Source: Methylophaga aminisulfidivorans (lineage in GTDB: Bacteria > Pseudomonadota > Gammaproteobacteria > Nitrosococcales > Methylophagaceae). Taken from it: 40,000 bases of DNA. The stretch is from positions 4,396 to 44,395 of the forward strand of contig DRHY01000046.1 of the NCBI GenBank assembly GCA_011052985.1, in the 5' to 3' direction. The translations under genes were made by a program, and so were the position numbers. The notes beneath the pieces were generated by a model. It searched no databases and was not told the DNA's origin. It worked only from the letters and a program-made list of their open reading frames with translations. Positions 9,284 through 19,314 of the stretch are shown piece by piece; positions within the stretch are counted from its first letter, which is position 1; each line of letters opens with the position of its first letter.

Positions 9284-9618
9284 CCCTCAAGGTTCCATTT
9301 CAATACTTTTGCACGTAGGCGGTTGTAGTCAGTGACCTTGCCGTCAAAGTCTTTGTAACCGATAAAATCTTCACGGCCATTGATTGTGATACGAGACATT
9401 AAAAGCTCATCGAACTTTTGTTTAACTTGAAACGGCAGTGACATCATCATTGGGAATAACACTGATTCATCTGCCTCAATGTTATTCTCACCAGCAGCAA
9501 CAAGGCGCTGAATTAATGCAGCAGTCAAAATACTCAATACTTCGTCTTGCTGTACTGCTGAAGCGCGGGCTACGTTATAAGTAGAGCTTCCTACCGTGAA
9601 TGATTTAACGTTGGACAT
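9217..9618 (-). CDS. Tail assembly chaperone (zero-frame product)
   Basis: 133-aa acidic ORF between the tube and tape measure genes, with a downstream -1 frame extension. Confidence 0.6.
   Translation of the reverse strand: MSNVKSFTVGSSTYNVARASAVQQDEVLSILTAALIQRLVAAGENNIEADESVLFPMMMSLPFQVKQKFDELLMSRITINGREDFIGYKDFDGKVTDYNRLRAKVLKWNLEGFFTYWAEEKSAAIEAMQENQQ
9277..9283 (-). promoter_or_regulatory. Putative -1 programmed ribosomal frameshift slippery heptamer T_TTT_TTT
   Basis: Zero frame reads GGT TTT TTT ACC (G112 F113 F114). A -1 frame TGA lies immediately upstream, so the overlap window starts at the heptamer. Confidence 0.5.
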
Positions 9619-10031
9619 TATTCGCCACCTTTAAGGCCAGTCCAGGCGTTTAGTTCGATCATGTATTCATCGTCAGATATTGTCTGACCGCCACGATTTA
9701 CAGGGCCATCATTTACAATTACACCTTCAGTGCCAATTACCTTTTCAAGTGTGCCGATAACTTGTCTTGTGTAAGTAATTGTCGCATTGCTATTAAATAA
9801 CGATTGCATATAGGCTGAGTCTGGACTTCCTGGGTTTAATGATAGAGTTAGTGCCCTACCAGGATTCACCCTATCGAGGCGGACGGCACCGCCACCTTTA
9901 CCTCTGCGCAAAGTTGCTTTTGGATCAATAGGAGCTTCGCTAATTGGTTGCTCAGACTCGCCCCAATCAGTAATTTCTCGACCATTTACCGTCACAACAA
10001 TCTGTTCAACGCTGAAATTATTTATTGCCAT
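9618..10031 (-). CDS. Tail tube protein (DUF3277-like)
   Basis: 137 aa, directly downstream of the sheath gene. Size and sequence fit the small tube family that pairs with DUF3383 sheaths. Confidence 0.65.
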   Translation of the reverse strand: MAINNFSVEQIVVTVNGREITDWGESEQPISEAPIDPKATLRRGKGGGAVRLDRVNPGRALTLSLNPGSPDSAYMQSLFNSNATITYTRQVIGTLEKVIGTEGVIVNDGPVNRGGQTISDDEYMIELNAWTGLKGGE

Positions 10032-10042
10032 ATCAGTTTTCC

Positions 10043-11182
10043 TTAAAAGACGCTTAGGTCGATGATTGATTTATGGATGGCACCTGCTCGGAATATACGA
10101 ACTCGAATAGGGGCTGATAGTCTGATATTTCTATCCTCATCAGATATAACTAATATATCTTCAGGCTTGGTTAGGATTTCATAACCTACAGTGTATTTCT
10201 CAATACCATCATCGGGGTCTGTATAGATGCGTGGCCCCATGTAGCCGTTAGTGATGAATTTCTGGCAATCATCATCAACAGATGCAAGAATTACTGCCTG
10301 TCCTCGTGGCGTTTGTCTCAGTTTTGTTGGGACGTTTGCAATGGTGTTGTATGTGCTTACCGTCAACGTATTAATAAACGCATCAAGGTTAACCACATCA
10401 TCAATATATTCTCCATATGTGCTGTGCGTGATGGTATTTAACCAGCGACCAACATCAGATGAGCCTTGCAATTCAACTGTGGCATAAAATGTCGCTTTCT
10501 TGGTGTCAGCTTCCATTGCAGCAATTTCACTGCCTTTTAAATCCTCAGAAGCTACGCCGGGTGATTTTTTAAACTCACCTGTAATGGTGGAGTTTTCGCC
10601 GCTGTAATTGACGGCTGCAAAATGTTTAGCTAGTGCCGTTCCTGCGTAAGCATCAGTAGCATGTGCCGCTGTATAAGCATGACGATAACCAAGCGTGGTT
10701 AATTTCGTGGCAATATCGCCTGTTTCGTTTTGGTCACGGATAGCGGTAACGGCTGTGCCTGTTTGATTATCAACAAACATACTTGCATTTTCTTCACACC
10801 ATGCAGCAGCCAGCAACACCTCTGCTTCGGCTGCGTATGTGTCAGCAGTGAAAAGCGTCCAGTACCACCAGAAGCTATCACGGGCCTTGTTAAGTGTTGC
10901 TGTTAATGTTGCATCGGCTGGATCGGTAACCCAGATATTAATTTGACGCATCTTAGGTGTTCCGCCTAGCCATTTAGCGGCGGCTTTATATGTGTCAGTG
11001 GTATCTGCATAGTCAGCTGCCACTTCAGTAATATCAAAGTAAGTTTTGTATGTGTCTTTTGTTAGCGCCCCGATTTCTGTGGAGTCTGCAAACAATGTAG
11101 CTGATGCAAAATTGGCAAAGCCCAAACCAGCAGGGCTGATTCTCGCATTTACCTGAATGATTCTGTCTGCTGGATAAGCCAT
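10043..11182 (-). CDS. Tail sheath protein (DUF3383-like)
   Basis: 379 aa, upstream of tube, chaperone and tape measure. N-terminus MAYPADRIIQVNARISPAGLG. Confidence 0.65.
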   Translation of the reverse strand: MAYPADRIIQVNARISPAGLGFANFASATLFADSTEIGALTKDTYKTYFDITEVAADYADTTDTYKAAAKWLGGTPKMRQINIWVTDPADATLTATLNKARDSFWWYWTLFTADTYAAEAEVLLAAAWCEENASMFVDNQTGTAVTAIRDQNETGDIATKLTTLGYRHAYTAAHATDAYAGTALAKHFAAVNYSGENSTITGEFKKSPGVASEDLKGSEIAAMEADTKKATFYATVELQGSSDVGRWLNTITHSTYGEYIDDVVNLDAFINTLTVSTYNTIANVPTKLRQTPRGQAVILASVDDDCQKFITNGYMGPRIYTDPDDGIEKYTVGYEILTKPEDILVISDEDRNIRLSAPIRVRIFRAGAIHKSIIDLSVF

Positions 11183-11185
11183 TTG

Positions 11186-11716
11186 TTAGCCTCTTATGTC
11201 TATATCAATTTCTTGGATGGTGTCGCCATCCTCGTTTTCCGCCACAATGGACGTACCCAAAATGTTGTTAGTGGTGTATTTAGTGCTTAACTCTGCCCAT
11301 AGATAGATTTCTATCCGTGCTCGTTGCTCATAGTTACTGGATTGAATAGCTGTTAAATCAAGTACGCCGCTTGTGTTGCGAACGGACATTTTGTATTTGA
11401 ATAAATCCCATGTGACCGTTTGGATTTTCCCCATCTGCAATAGTCTTTCGGCTCGCTGATTTGCCTCGCCACGGAAAAACTCAACAGCAACGGTTATCAT
11501 GGCTTGTGGTCTTACATCGGTTTCAACTAGGTCGCCGATTACATCTTTGTTATAGATGTTTGCCTGACCTCTTTCACCTATGGCGTATCGTGGATTTACT
11601 GAGGCGTACTCGCCTTGCGGCGCGTCTGCGTTCTGTGCATAGAGAATGCATTCAGGAACCCCAGTTAAAGCCAATATATGGGACCGTAATATGGCAAATA
11701 ACTCTTCATTGGTCAT
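11186..11716 (-). CDS. Tail terminator / neck protein (by position)
   Basis: 176-aa ORF between the head-tail joining genes and the sheath gene. Confidence 0.45.
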   Translation of the reverse strand: MTNEELFAILRSHILALTGVPECILYAQNADAPQGEYASVNPRYAIGERGQANIYNKDVIGDLVETDVRPQAMITVAVEFFRGEANQRAERLLQMGKIQTVTWDLFKYKMSVRNTSGVLDLTAIQSSNYEQRARIEIYLWAELSTKYTTNNILGTSIVAENEDGDTIQEIDIDIRG

Positions 11717-12059
11717 CGTATCTCACCACCACTATTTTTGCGTAATTGCGATTTTCCCTTACATCGCGAGAGACAATCTTCCAATCTTCGTCAAGAAGCT
11801 GCATATCCTTACCAAGCTTTAACAAGGCAAGGTTTCCGTCATTGATATAAAGCTTTCTTGAATCTAAAATCCGCTGACCACCCATCAATAGGTTGACAAG
11901 CTCTTTATCAGTTAAAGGCTGAATAGTTGCTGTGTATGTCTCTGTTTGTGGCGTTCCACCCTGCCAGATACCGCCAACATAACCACCAGTGCTATAAATC
12001 AGCGTTACCTCACCAGATTCAAACACATCATCGATATGACCCGACATACTTAAGCTCAT
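11706..12059 (-). CDS. Head-tail joining protein (by position)
   Basis: 117-aa ORF, coupled by overlaps to its neighbours. Confidence 0.45.
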   Translation of the reverse strand: MSLSMSGHIDDVFESGEVTLIYSTGGYVGGIWQGGTPQTETYTATIQPLTDKELVNLLMGGQRILDSRKLYINDGNLALLKLGKDMQLLDEDWKIVSRDVRENRNYAKIVVVRYDDQ

Positions 12060-12520
12060 AACGATTCCTCTGGCTTTTTAGACGATACGGTGTGTCTGAT
12101 GCTGGCCCTCATAGCGCCGGTATCGATTAACGGATTAGAGCTGCCTTTGCGCTTGATAGTGCTAGGCGTATTTGCTGGACTTCTTAAATCCGTTATATAT
12201 TCTTTAACATTACCGACAGCCAACAAACCCACCCGCTCGACAATCTGCTTGCTGGTTAATCCGTCTTTAATGCCTTTCTGAATGGTATGCAGGTACTCTT
12301 GATTACCTTTCGCAACGCCTAAATCAAGAAAGGGTCTTGCTGGCACTCTGTCGTTGCCAAAATGCTGAGTAGCGCCGAGCGTTGCCATAGTGAAGTTTTC
12401 ACCCTCAACATTGCCAGCATCTTCATGAATACCAATCAAGGCATACTCACTACTAAACTTGTCTAACTCTTTTTTTAATGCGTCCCTGACTTGTTGCAGT
12501 CCGGTTATTTTTACGGTCAC
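12056..12520 (-). CDS. HK97 gp10-like head-tail (tail completion) protein
   Basis: 154 aa with the VPARPFL motif typical of the HK97 gp10 family. Confidence 0.6.
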   Translation of the reverse strand: MTVKITGLQQVRDALKKELDKFSSEYALIGIHEDAGNVEGENFTMATLGATQHFGNDRVPARPFLDLGVAKGNQEYLHTIQKGIKDGLTSKQIVERVGLLAVGNVKEYITDLRSPANTPSTIKRKGSSNPLIDTGAMRASIRHTVSSKKPEESL

Positions 12521-12939
12521 TAGACTGCTCTCGCACCCATGCCAGCACGGCGACGCAGGCGTAAAAACTGAACGCCGTAGTTAGTCAGTGAAAGCCAGTC
12601 ATCTCCTGTTTCCTGCATTGCTGTTATCCGGTACTGAATAGATTCATCACCAACGGATTTTTGAGACACGTTTAAACGGGCGTTAGGGCTAACATTACTT
12701 GTATCGCCAGCGTCTTGTGTCAGGTAGGTAGTCGATAACCAGTGAGCAGCGTAGTAATACATGCCACGCCGCTTAAAGTTATGACCTTCATCTTCAAAAC
12801 CACCCCACCCACTACCTCCCGTTTCTGCATCAGCTTCATATAGTGCATTTTCCACAATGGCATCAGGCCATTTTGTGTCATCTGCAAACGCCAGCTGAAC
12901 ACCACGAAACGAGGTAATAATTGATGAGGTTATATCCAT
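12520..12939 (-). CDS. Head-tail connector protein (DUF4054-like)
   Basis: 139 aa, first of the neck genes after the capsid block. The AAHWL motif region resembles DUF4054. Confidence 0.5.
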   Translation of the reverse strand: MDITSSIITSFRGVQLAFADDTKWPDAIVENALYEADAETGGSGWGGFEDEGHNFKRRGMYYYAAHWLSTTYLTQDAGDTSNVSPNARLNVSQKSVGDESIQYRITAMQETGDDWLSLTNYGVQFLRLRRRAGMGARAV

Positions 12940-12942
12940 TAT

Positions 12943-13158
12943 TTAATCTTTAGGCTCTTCTGATACTTTTGCTTTTTGTTCAGTTGCTTTAGTTACTGAA
13001 ACTAAATCACCTTTCTCAATAAGCTCTTTAACATGATCAAGCTTTGCCATTTTTGCTGTGATTTCCACGGCTGGGTTATCACCAGGTAAAACTTTTACTG
13101 ATTTTTCGCCTTGACTGTTAATGCCGATGATTCGGGCTGTATTGTTTTTAACAAGCAT
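12943..13158 (-). CDS. Hypothetical small head-associated protein (71 aa)
   Basis: ORF track 12943..13170. ATG at 13158 is preceded by GGAG. The track start lies inside the T-run of the capsid terminator. Confidence 0.5.
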   Translation of the reverse strand: MLVKNNTARIIGINSQGEKSVKVLPGDNPAVEITAKMAKLDHVKELIEKGDLVSVTKATEQKAKVSEEPKD

Positions 13159-13168
13159 ATCTTTCTCC

Positions 13169-13194
13169 AAAAAAAAGCCCCGAATTAACGGGGC
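13169..13194 (-). terminator. Strong rho-independent terminator after the major capsid gene
   Basis: Minus strand reads GCCCCG-TTAATT-CGGGGC followed by T8. Confidence 0.75.
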
Positions 13195-13215
13195 TGAAGC
13201 TGATTAATTTGATAT

Positions 13216-14235
13216 TTAAATTAATGTGCGATATGCACCTGACAATGGGTAGCGGAACTCAACACCAGACACCTTATACTCAGCAGGCACCTTGATTTTC
13301 AGTCCGTCTAACTGTGGGGCTAATGGACGCCACATCATAGGAACGTGCATAACCAAGTTTTCTTGGTTGTACTCGTAAGCCATCATGCGATCTTTAGTCA
13401 CAGTTGGATCGTATTTAACCAGTTCTTCTTGTGATAATTGAAGACGTGGCATGATACGAAGTGGCTGACCTGTCATTTCTGTGTACACATTGCGTTCACG
13501 AAGTAACGCCAGAATGGTTTTATCTGGATTTAAATCGCTAACTGGCATAGTTGCAAGCTTGCTCCAACGTTCCGAAGGCAATACAAGCGTATTAGCTGCA
13601 TTAATGTTTGAAGAGTTGATCCAAACGCTTTTTAAGAAGTCGTTAATATCAGCCAAAATCTCAAGCGCTGTAGTACCAGCATCATTCCAGTCTAACGTTG
13701 AGTTATCCAGCGTTAAGTTAGGGTTATTGAATAAGCCAGTCATGCCACGCCCAGAGTCACCAAAATAAGCAACACTCTGGATATGCTCTTCAGCACCACG
13801 GCGCGCACCACGCGCCAATGTCACATCAAGCGGCATGCGTGTCTGCACTGACTTTTGCAACTCATCACGGCTATAGCTAAATGCGTTACCAGCGTAACCA
13901 ACAGGAATAGATGATTTATGTGCATTTGCCGCTACATTAGGTAAATCGTCAGCATTAGCACCAATGAATTTACCCATAGTTGCCGCATCAATACTGATGT
14001 AATCAACACTATCCACCCACTCAGGCATACTGGTATCAACTGGGATTAAATCCATGTAGTTGATATTTAGGTATTTAGCCTCGTAAATACGGGCCTCTAA
14101 ATTCGCAAGCTGGCTGATGTAAAATGCAACACCATCATCCATTGTACGAATATTTTCATCAAAACTTAATACAGTGCCCTTCGCCAACCCTAAAGCTGGC
14201 AAGTCACGATCAAGCGTAACAGTTGTGTGTCTCAT
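13216..14235 (-). CDS. Major capsid protein (DUF2184-like, HK97-fold family)
   Basis: 339 aa, downstream of the protease/scaffold and decoration genes and followed by a strong terminator. Confidence 0.8.
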   Translation of the reverse strand: MRHTTVTLDRDLPALGLAKGTVLSFDENIRTMDDGVAFYISQLANLEARIYEAKYLNINYMDLIPVDTSMPEWVDSVDYISIDAATMGKFIGANADDLPNVAANAHKSSIPVGYAGNAFSYSRDELQKSVQTRMPLDVTLARGARRGAEEHIQSVAYFGDSGRGMTGLFNNPNLTLDNSTLDWNDAGTTALEILADINDFLKSVWINSSNINAANTLVLPSERWSKLATMPVSDLNPDKTILALLRERNVYTEMTGQPLRIMPRLQLSQEELVKYDPTVTKDRMMAYEYNQENLVMHVPMMWRPLAPQLDGLKIKVPAEYKVSGVEFRYPLSGAYRTLI

Positions 14236-14237
14236 GC

Positions 14238-14735
14238 TTAGCCTCCAACAACAATTGATAATGCAGCTAAACCGCCGGAAGCAGCACCGCTGATAAATTT
14301 AGCATTAGGCATTGCAAGCGCTGTAGTAGCGCCCGTACCCGCTGCATTTGAAAAGTGACCGACTGTATCCGGGTCAGTATCGTTACCGATGACCACGTAA
14401 GCCGCTTGACCCGCTGTTACTGTTGTAATAACAGGAACATAGATAGTGCCAACCGTTAATACGCTGGCATCGCGATCAACTACAGCGCCATGAACATCGC
14501 CATCCGCAACGGCGCGATTCATTTCACGACGAAGCACACCAACGACATCAGCGATGACCGTACTATCTGTTATTAATTCAAAACCATTTTCACCGCTACG
14601 AGCAACAGCCACGCCATAAGGTACGGTTGCACTGGTAGTGTTAAGTTTTGATACCGTGTTGTTTCGTTGTGAATCAACCAACATGCCTGCAATGGCTTTA
14701 TTATGGTTAATTGCATATCCGCCTTGTACAGCCAT
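14238..14735 (-). CDS. Head decoration / cement-like protein
   Basis: 165-aa Ala/Gly/Val-rich ORF between the scaffold/protease gene and the capsid gene. Confidence 0.45.
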   Translation of the reverse strand: MAVQGGYAINHNKAIAGMLVDSQRNNTVSKLNTTSATVPYGVAVARSGENGFELITDSTVIADVVGVLRREMNRAVADGDVHGAVVDRDASVLTVGTIYVPVITTVTAGQAAYVVIGNDTDPDTVGHFSNAAGTGATTALAMPNAKFISGAASGGLAALSIVVGG

Positions 14736-14737
14736 GA

Positions 14738-15835
14738 TTAAGCCTCCTGTGTGCTTTGTGTTGACATACGTTTTCTGTAATCTTCGTATGCATCATTGGT
14801 TAATTGTTGGCCACGTTCACCATCTTCAGCTAAGCGTTGATATTGCTCTTTAGCCTTGTGTTCAGGTGACTTTTCAGCCGATTCCAGCGCCATGTCGAAA
14901 GAAGCCTGAATGTATTCAGGTGATTTATCTTTCCAATCTGTTGCTGGACGCACTGCTTGCATTGCTGAGCGCATAATTTCCACATCGTCTACTGAGTCAG
15001 AGGTGAATTGATCGCCTACAATTTTCAAAGCGCCGCTTTTTACTTTTGCAATCCGTTCAACGCGAGTTTTTAACTCTTCGTCTGAGGATTTAAGTTGAAG
15101 TGTTTTGATTTCTTCATCTTTGGCATCAATTGTGGCCTTATGGCGTTCAATATCCGCTTTGGAATCAGTGATTTCTTTGTTCAATCTGTCTAATGCATCA
15201 GTAACGAGCAGAGCCGTTGCCTCGTCCTGCACATCAACAGATCGACCACTATCTAATGTGACTTTAGTCATAGTTATCTCTCTTCGTTGGTTGTCAAAAA
15301 TACGGGCTTGCCGTCCTGCTCGTCCCATAGGGACTATTGCAACGTGATTAATCTTTATGTCACGCTGCATGTACTGATAATTCTCGCCATTGGGGGCTGT
15401 GCCTTCCTGCTCCACATAGTCGGCTGTATAGCCTGCTGAAAGCTCTGCATTTCCTGCGTTAATGTCGTCGATAGCTACTTGGTCTTTGATGACTAAATCG
15501 GCTAACACAAAATCACCATCACGACGACCAGAACCACGGACCACACCTTTTGATGTTTGGCTGTAGTTTTTAGCGTTAACCAATTCACCAGGATGACGGA
15601 CGGTAATGTCAGCGCCGTTATAACTATCTAGTGATTCAGCCTTAAACACTTCATCCTCTGGACGGTAAACGGTGACGACTGCATTAGGATCGCCATCAAG
15701 CTGCAATTCTTTACGCGTGTACTGTTGCGTTCCGGTTTTAGCTACTCGACCAGGAACCTTTAAGAACCCTTCATCGGTAAATTCTCGGCTTGTAACCTTG
15801 AATGTGCTTTTGTCTTGAATCGTTATGCGTGTCAT
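14738..15835 (-). CDS. Prohead protease/scaffolding protein (DUF2213-like)
   Basis: 365 aa. The N-terminal domain resembles DUF2213. The C-terminal half is charged coiled coil, as in scaffolds. Confidence 0.6.
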   Translation of the reverse strand: MTRITIQDKSTFKVTSREFTDEGFLKVPGRVAKTGTQQYTRKELQLDGDPNAVVTVYRPEDEVFKAESLDSYNGADITVRHPGELVNAKNYSQTSKGVVRGSGRRDGDFVLADLVIKDQVAIDDINAGNAELSAGYTADYVEQEGTAPNGENYQYMQRDIKINHVAIVPMGRAGRQARIFDNQRREITMTKVTLDSGRSVDVQDEATALLVTDALDRLNKEITDSKADIERHKATIDAKDEEIKTLQLKSSDEELKTRVERIAKVKSGALKIVGDQFTSDSVDDVEIMRSAMQAVRPATDWKDKSPEYIQASFDMALESAEKSPEHKAKEQYQRLAEDGERGQQLTNDAYEDYRKRMSTQSTQEA

Positions 15836-16611
15836 GAGCTTCTCTTCATATACTTTTCAACTGATGCCGTTGTTTTCGCTCTAGCTGTGCAACGACACCC
15901 AAAATCAGAACCAGGTTGTATCGTTTCGCCTTTATCGTTCTTTGGTAGGTCATCCCACCTGTAAACGCCTTTGCCGTACTTGGTTTTCTTGTCAGCAATT
16001 AAGCGGTGCTTATGCCTTACTCGCTCATCATCACTATCTAGCCACTGGAAATATTCAAAGCCAGCATCGACTTGACGCCGCTTATCTATTTCACCGTTAA
16101 CCTTTGCTGTTTGATCGCGAGCAATAAATCGGGCTCGACGCTGTGTTACGCCGTAGTCATCTGTTAGTTGCTTGGCAATTTCACGCGCCAGCACACCGTT
16201 TCTCATGCCAGTTAAGACAGTGTTTGCAACGTTGTTTAAGTATTGCTCTGGGATAGATTTAATTAAGTTGGCGTTTTGCGTGGTAGCTGCTGCCAGATAG
16301 TTATTCATCTGTTCTGAGTTACCAAAAGCATCAATACCTGATTTAGCTTTGTTCTTTTTATCAACTGATTTGACGGTAGAGCTAACAAACTCACCAGCTA
16401 TCAGCTTTGATTTTTCATCAAACTCTCTTGATGACCAGATAGCCTTTAGAATATTGAGAATGTTGCTTATTCTGTCAGGCCATGCTTCATCAGCCACATA
16501 CCGATATTCAACCTGTTTAATGGCTGGTATCAGTTCTTTATCGATCGACTTTTTAACCTGTCTTACAATCCGTTGAAGCTCAACGTTGTATTGGATGCCT
16601 ACGCGTAGCAT
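15832..16611 (-). CDS. Minor head protein, Mu F-like / SPP1 gp7 family
   Basis: The C-terminus (DSDDERVRHKHR...PGSDFGCRCTARA) is typical of Phage_Mu_F. The gene follows the portal gene. Confidence 0.75.
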   Translation of the reverse strand: MLRVGIQYNVELQRIVRQVKKSIDKELIPAIKQVEYRYVADEAWPDRISNILNILKAIWSSREFDEKSKLIAGEFVSSTVKSVDKKNKAKSGIDAFGNSEQMNNYLAAATTQNANLIKSIPEQYLNNVANTVLTGMRNGVLAREIAKQLTDDYGVTQRRARFIARDQTAKVNGEIDKRRQVDAGFEYFQWLDSDDERVRHKHRLIADKKTKYGKGVYRWDDLPKNDKGETIQPGSDFGCRCTARAKTTASVEKYMKRSS

Positions 16612-17918
16612 TATTCATCTGCCGTAGGTTCTGGCTCATCCCGGTCAAACAAGTTAGCGTCTTCTAACCCCTCTAACTCTTCAATTTGTCCATCATTAAA
16701 TTGATAGGCTTCTGCTGATTGAAGTCTGCGCTGCACTTGTGATTTTTGAATAACGCCAGCATCGAGTAACATAATGTCGGTTTCAGCTTCTATTTTTGAC
16801 GCGTCAGCTTCTTCTTTACGGTTTGGCTGATAAAGGCGATTCCATTCCCAGTTATAATCTGTAGGCATGTTGCCAAGTGCTGAACGGACCAAAACCTGAT
16901 CAAGAACATTTACAGGTGGATCTAATTGACTAACCTGCCATGAGCGAACATCGTCGTAATAGGTTTTTAGCTCACCGTCACCCGATGAGTTAAGTCCAGA
17001 TGGTGATTTGCCGAATAACTTTGTTTGTGGAATTCTCGATGCGCCACACATCCAACTCATCTGCGTCTCCATTACTGGAGCCACACCGGATAGATTGAGC
17101 GTCATCCTGTCTAGTTTCTCATCACCATCTAGCAATGAGAGCTTAAACAATGACTTCATCATGCTGTATAGGGTATATCTGTCAGTGATAGCAGATTCTT
17201 GGTCAGTCGTTAAATCATCTGCTAAACCTTCACGCGTAATAACATCGAGATTTGCTTCTTGCATTAACTCTGATATTCCCTCGTAAGAGGCAACAGCTAG
17301 CTTTAAATCAGATATACATTTTCGTAACTCAGAATCGCCCCAACCCATTGTGACTTGACGCTGACGACGTGGAAGCTTGGCCCCCATGAATTTAGCAAAG
17401 TGTGTCCAGTGAATACGCTGATTACCCTGATATACCGTGTAGTATTCAGGCATCAGATAATTCTTAGCTAATGGGTTCCAGTTGTTAATTGAAAGCGGCA
17501 TTAACTCATAACGGTCAAATACAATCAGGCGCTCTAAATCACCTTTTTTAACTTGGTTAACATTAAGTGGCTTTTCCAGGTCCTGATTTGTCAGCATTAA
17601 AATAGCTGCACCGCCGTATAAGCGGCCCCAAGATAGCGCCTCATTTACTGTTTGCTGTAAATCGTGTCTATCTTCTTCAATGCGAATTTTTTCTGCGTCC
17701 TGACATTTAATTGCACGCCACTCACGGACCATATCATCCGCTGGAATATCAACTATCTGACGTGCTAACCAGTTAGACTGATAAGCGGCTTCTAGCTGCA
17801 TATAGTCGTTAAATGCATCAAGTTTAAAATGGCTATGGTAATTTTTAGACGAAGCTGTCCCCATGCCTGTCATAACGTTTTCTAATCCGTCAGTGGCCGG
17901 TAGGTTTTGCTTTGTCAT
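16611..17918 (-). CDS. Portal protein (DUF1073-like)
   Basis: 435 aa, immediately downstream of TerL. The N-terminus (DGLENVMTGMGT...DIPADDMVREW) is typical of this portal family. Confidence 0.8.
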   Translation of the reverse strand: MTKQNLPATDGLENVMTGMGTASSKNYHSHFKLDAFNDYMQLEAAYQSNWLARQIVDIPADDMVREWRAIKCQDAEKIRIEEDRHDLQQTVNEALSWGRLYGGAAILMLTNQDLEKPLNVNQVKKGDLERLIVFDRYELMPLSINNWNPLAKNYLMPEYYTVYQGNQRIHWTHFAKFMGAKLPRRQRQVTMGWGDSELRKCISDLKLAVASYEGISELMQEANLDVITREGLADDLTTDQESAITDRYTLYSMMKSLFKLSLLDGDEKLDRMTLNLSGVAPVMETQMSWMCGASRIPQTKLFGKSPSGLNSSGDGELKTYYDDVRSWQVSQLDPPVNVLDQVLVRSALGNMPTDYNWEWNRLYQPNRKEEADASKIEAETDIMLLDAGVIQKSQVQRRLQSAEAYQFNDGQIEELEGLEDANLFDRDEPEPTADE

Positions 17919-17944
17919 TTTGTCTCCGCGCTGTTAACGCATTT

Positions 17945-19309
17945 TTAAAGCATGTCGCCAAGATTTAATCTAGCAACCAAGTTTCTGCTGTTGGCAATAA
18001 TGAATGAGTCAGCAATATTAGGAGAGTCAATATCTCTCGCTTTTAGCTGCTTTTTACTTTCAACCATTTCCTTGCCTGATGTGCTGTAGGTTTTTTCAAC
18101 AACGGATAATTCTTCTTTTAACTTCTCGAGCAGCTTTTTATCTAAATCGCTTGATATGCTGATCATTTCATCAGCCCTGAACTCTTTTCCGCTAGTAACG
18201 GCTAGATATGTATTTCTAAACCTGTTAGATACAGCCCTCCACGCTTGAGCCTTTAAGTTCTCAAAATGGTCTTTGTTTTTAATCTTTCCGGCTGAGTTGT
18301 AATACTTTTCAGGCTTGGCTACTTTTGCCGCTGCATTGAATTTGAAATGTTTTCGCCACTTAAGAGTATTAAAGTGAGAGCCTGTACCAGCGCCAACACC
18401 TATCGAATCATAGCCAATCTGAGTAGCGCTAAATTGCTTGCCAGTATTAACAACTCGCTTAGCTGATTTATCTAGCTCGTCTTCTCGCCCTTTCCATTCA
18501 TCAAGATGAATTGCTACATAACCATCCATTGTTGTTGTAGCGTTAGTATCATCACCATCATCAGCAACGTCATAACCAACGGTTGCCCCACCTAGCCATT
18601 CACCACTTGACGGTGAAACAGTTAAATGTGCGTCAATTGCCGCCTCAATCCATTTAAGTCTGATTATTGAGTTTTCACTGCTATCCTTGGGCACACCTAG
18701 ATAAACGTGCTGGTATTCTTCGTAGTCGTCTTCTTTTAACTGCTCAATCTCTTTTCTGCTCGTTTCAGATAAAAAAGGATTTTCATCGTAATTTATTAAT
18801 CGAGAAACGCAGTCTTTAGGTGGGTTAACAACAAATCGTTTATGTATGTAATCTGTTTTAAATCGCGGGTTCCAGATAAGCCATATTTCAGAGCCTTCCT
18901 TCCTAATGGTAGGCCGAAGAACTTTCATCTGCTCTTCGGTTAGACCTTCAGCCTCTTCTATCCATAATATGTCAGCACCTTCAACTGATTTAATGTCAGT
19001 AAGGTTTCGCTGAATACCGTAGAACATGAACTCAGAACCTGTAACCAGATTCTTGATCCGGTTATTGGTTATATAAAATCTGTCCTGCAATCCAAATGCA
19101 GCAATCTTGTCTTTCAGTACCGTATAAACAGAATCATCAATCCTGTTCTGAAACTGCCTGACGCATAGAAACTTAACGGTGCAGTAATCTGCAATCCTTA
19201 TAGCGTTGCCAGCGGCATCATGGGACTTACTTGAATCCCTACCACCCCGTAACGCCTTGTATCTTGACTTTGTTGCCCAGAAGTCTCGTAGAGCTGGGTT
19301 CATCAACAT
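17945..19309 (-). CDS. terL: Terminase large subunit (PBSX/Terminase_3-like)
   Basis: Walker A-like LRGGRDSSKS and Walker B-like ILWIEEAE. 454 aa. Confidence 0.85.
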   Translation of the reverse strand: MLMNPALRDFWATKSRYKALRGGRDSSKSHDAAGNAIRIADYCTVKFLCVRQFQNRIDDSVYTVLKDKIAAFGLQDRFYITNNRIKNLVTGSEFMFYGIQRNLTDIKSVEGADILWIEEAEGLTEEQMKVLRPTIRKEGSEIWLIWNPRFKTDYIHKRFVVNPPKDCVSRLINYDENPFLSETSRKEIEQLKEDDYEEYQHVYLGVPKDSSENSIIRLKWIEAAIDAHLTVSPSSGEWLGGATVGYDVADDGDDTNATTTMDGYVAIHLDEWKGREDELDKSAKRVVNTGKQFSATQIGYDSIGVGAGTGSHFNTLKWRKHFKFNAAAKVAKPEKYYNSAGKIKNKDHFENLKAQAWRAVSNRFRNTYLAVTSGKEFRADEMISISSDLDKKLLEKLKEELSVVEKTYSTSGKEMVESKKQLKARDIDSPNIADSFIIANSRNLVARLNLGDML

Positions 19310-19314
19310 AGTTA

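Noticed and set aside
736-17286. Many plus-strand ORFs of 60-130 aa within the structural region, e.g. 736..921, 1369..1602, 2205..2402, 2409..2606, 2888..3286, 4286..4573, 5901..6158, 6489..6743, 7507..7779, 7825..8142, 8824..9108, 10251..10487, 11461..11745, 13481..13768, 15105..15347, 16349..16576, 17008..17286
   Set aside because: All lie antisense to long minus-strand genes with clear phage structural identities. They have no ribosome-binding sites that I could see and a low-complexity composition (Ser/Leu/Pro-rich). They are shadow ORFs.
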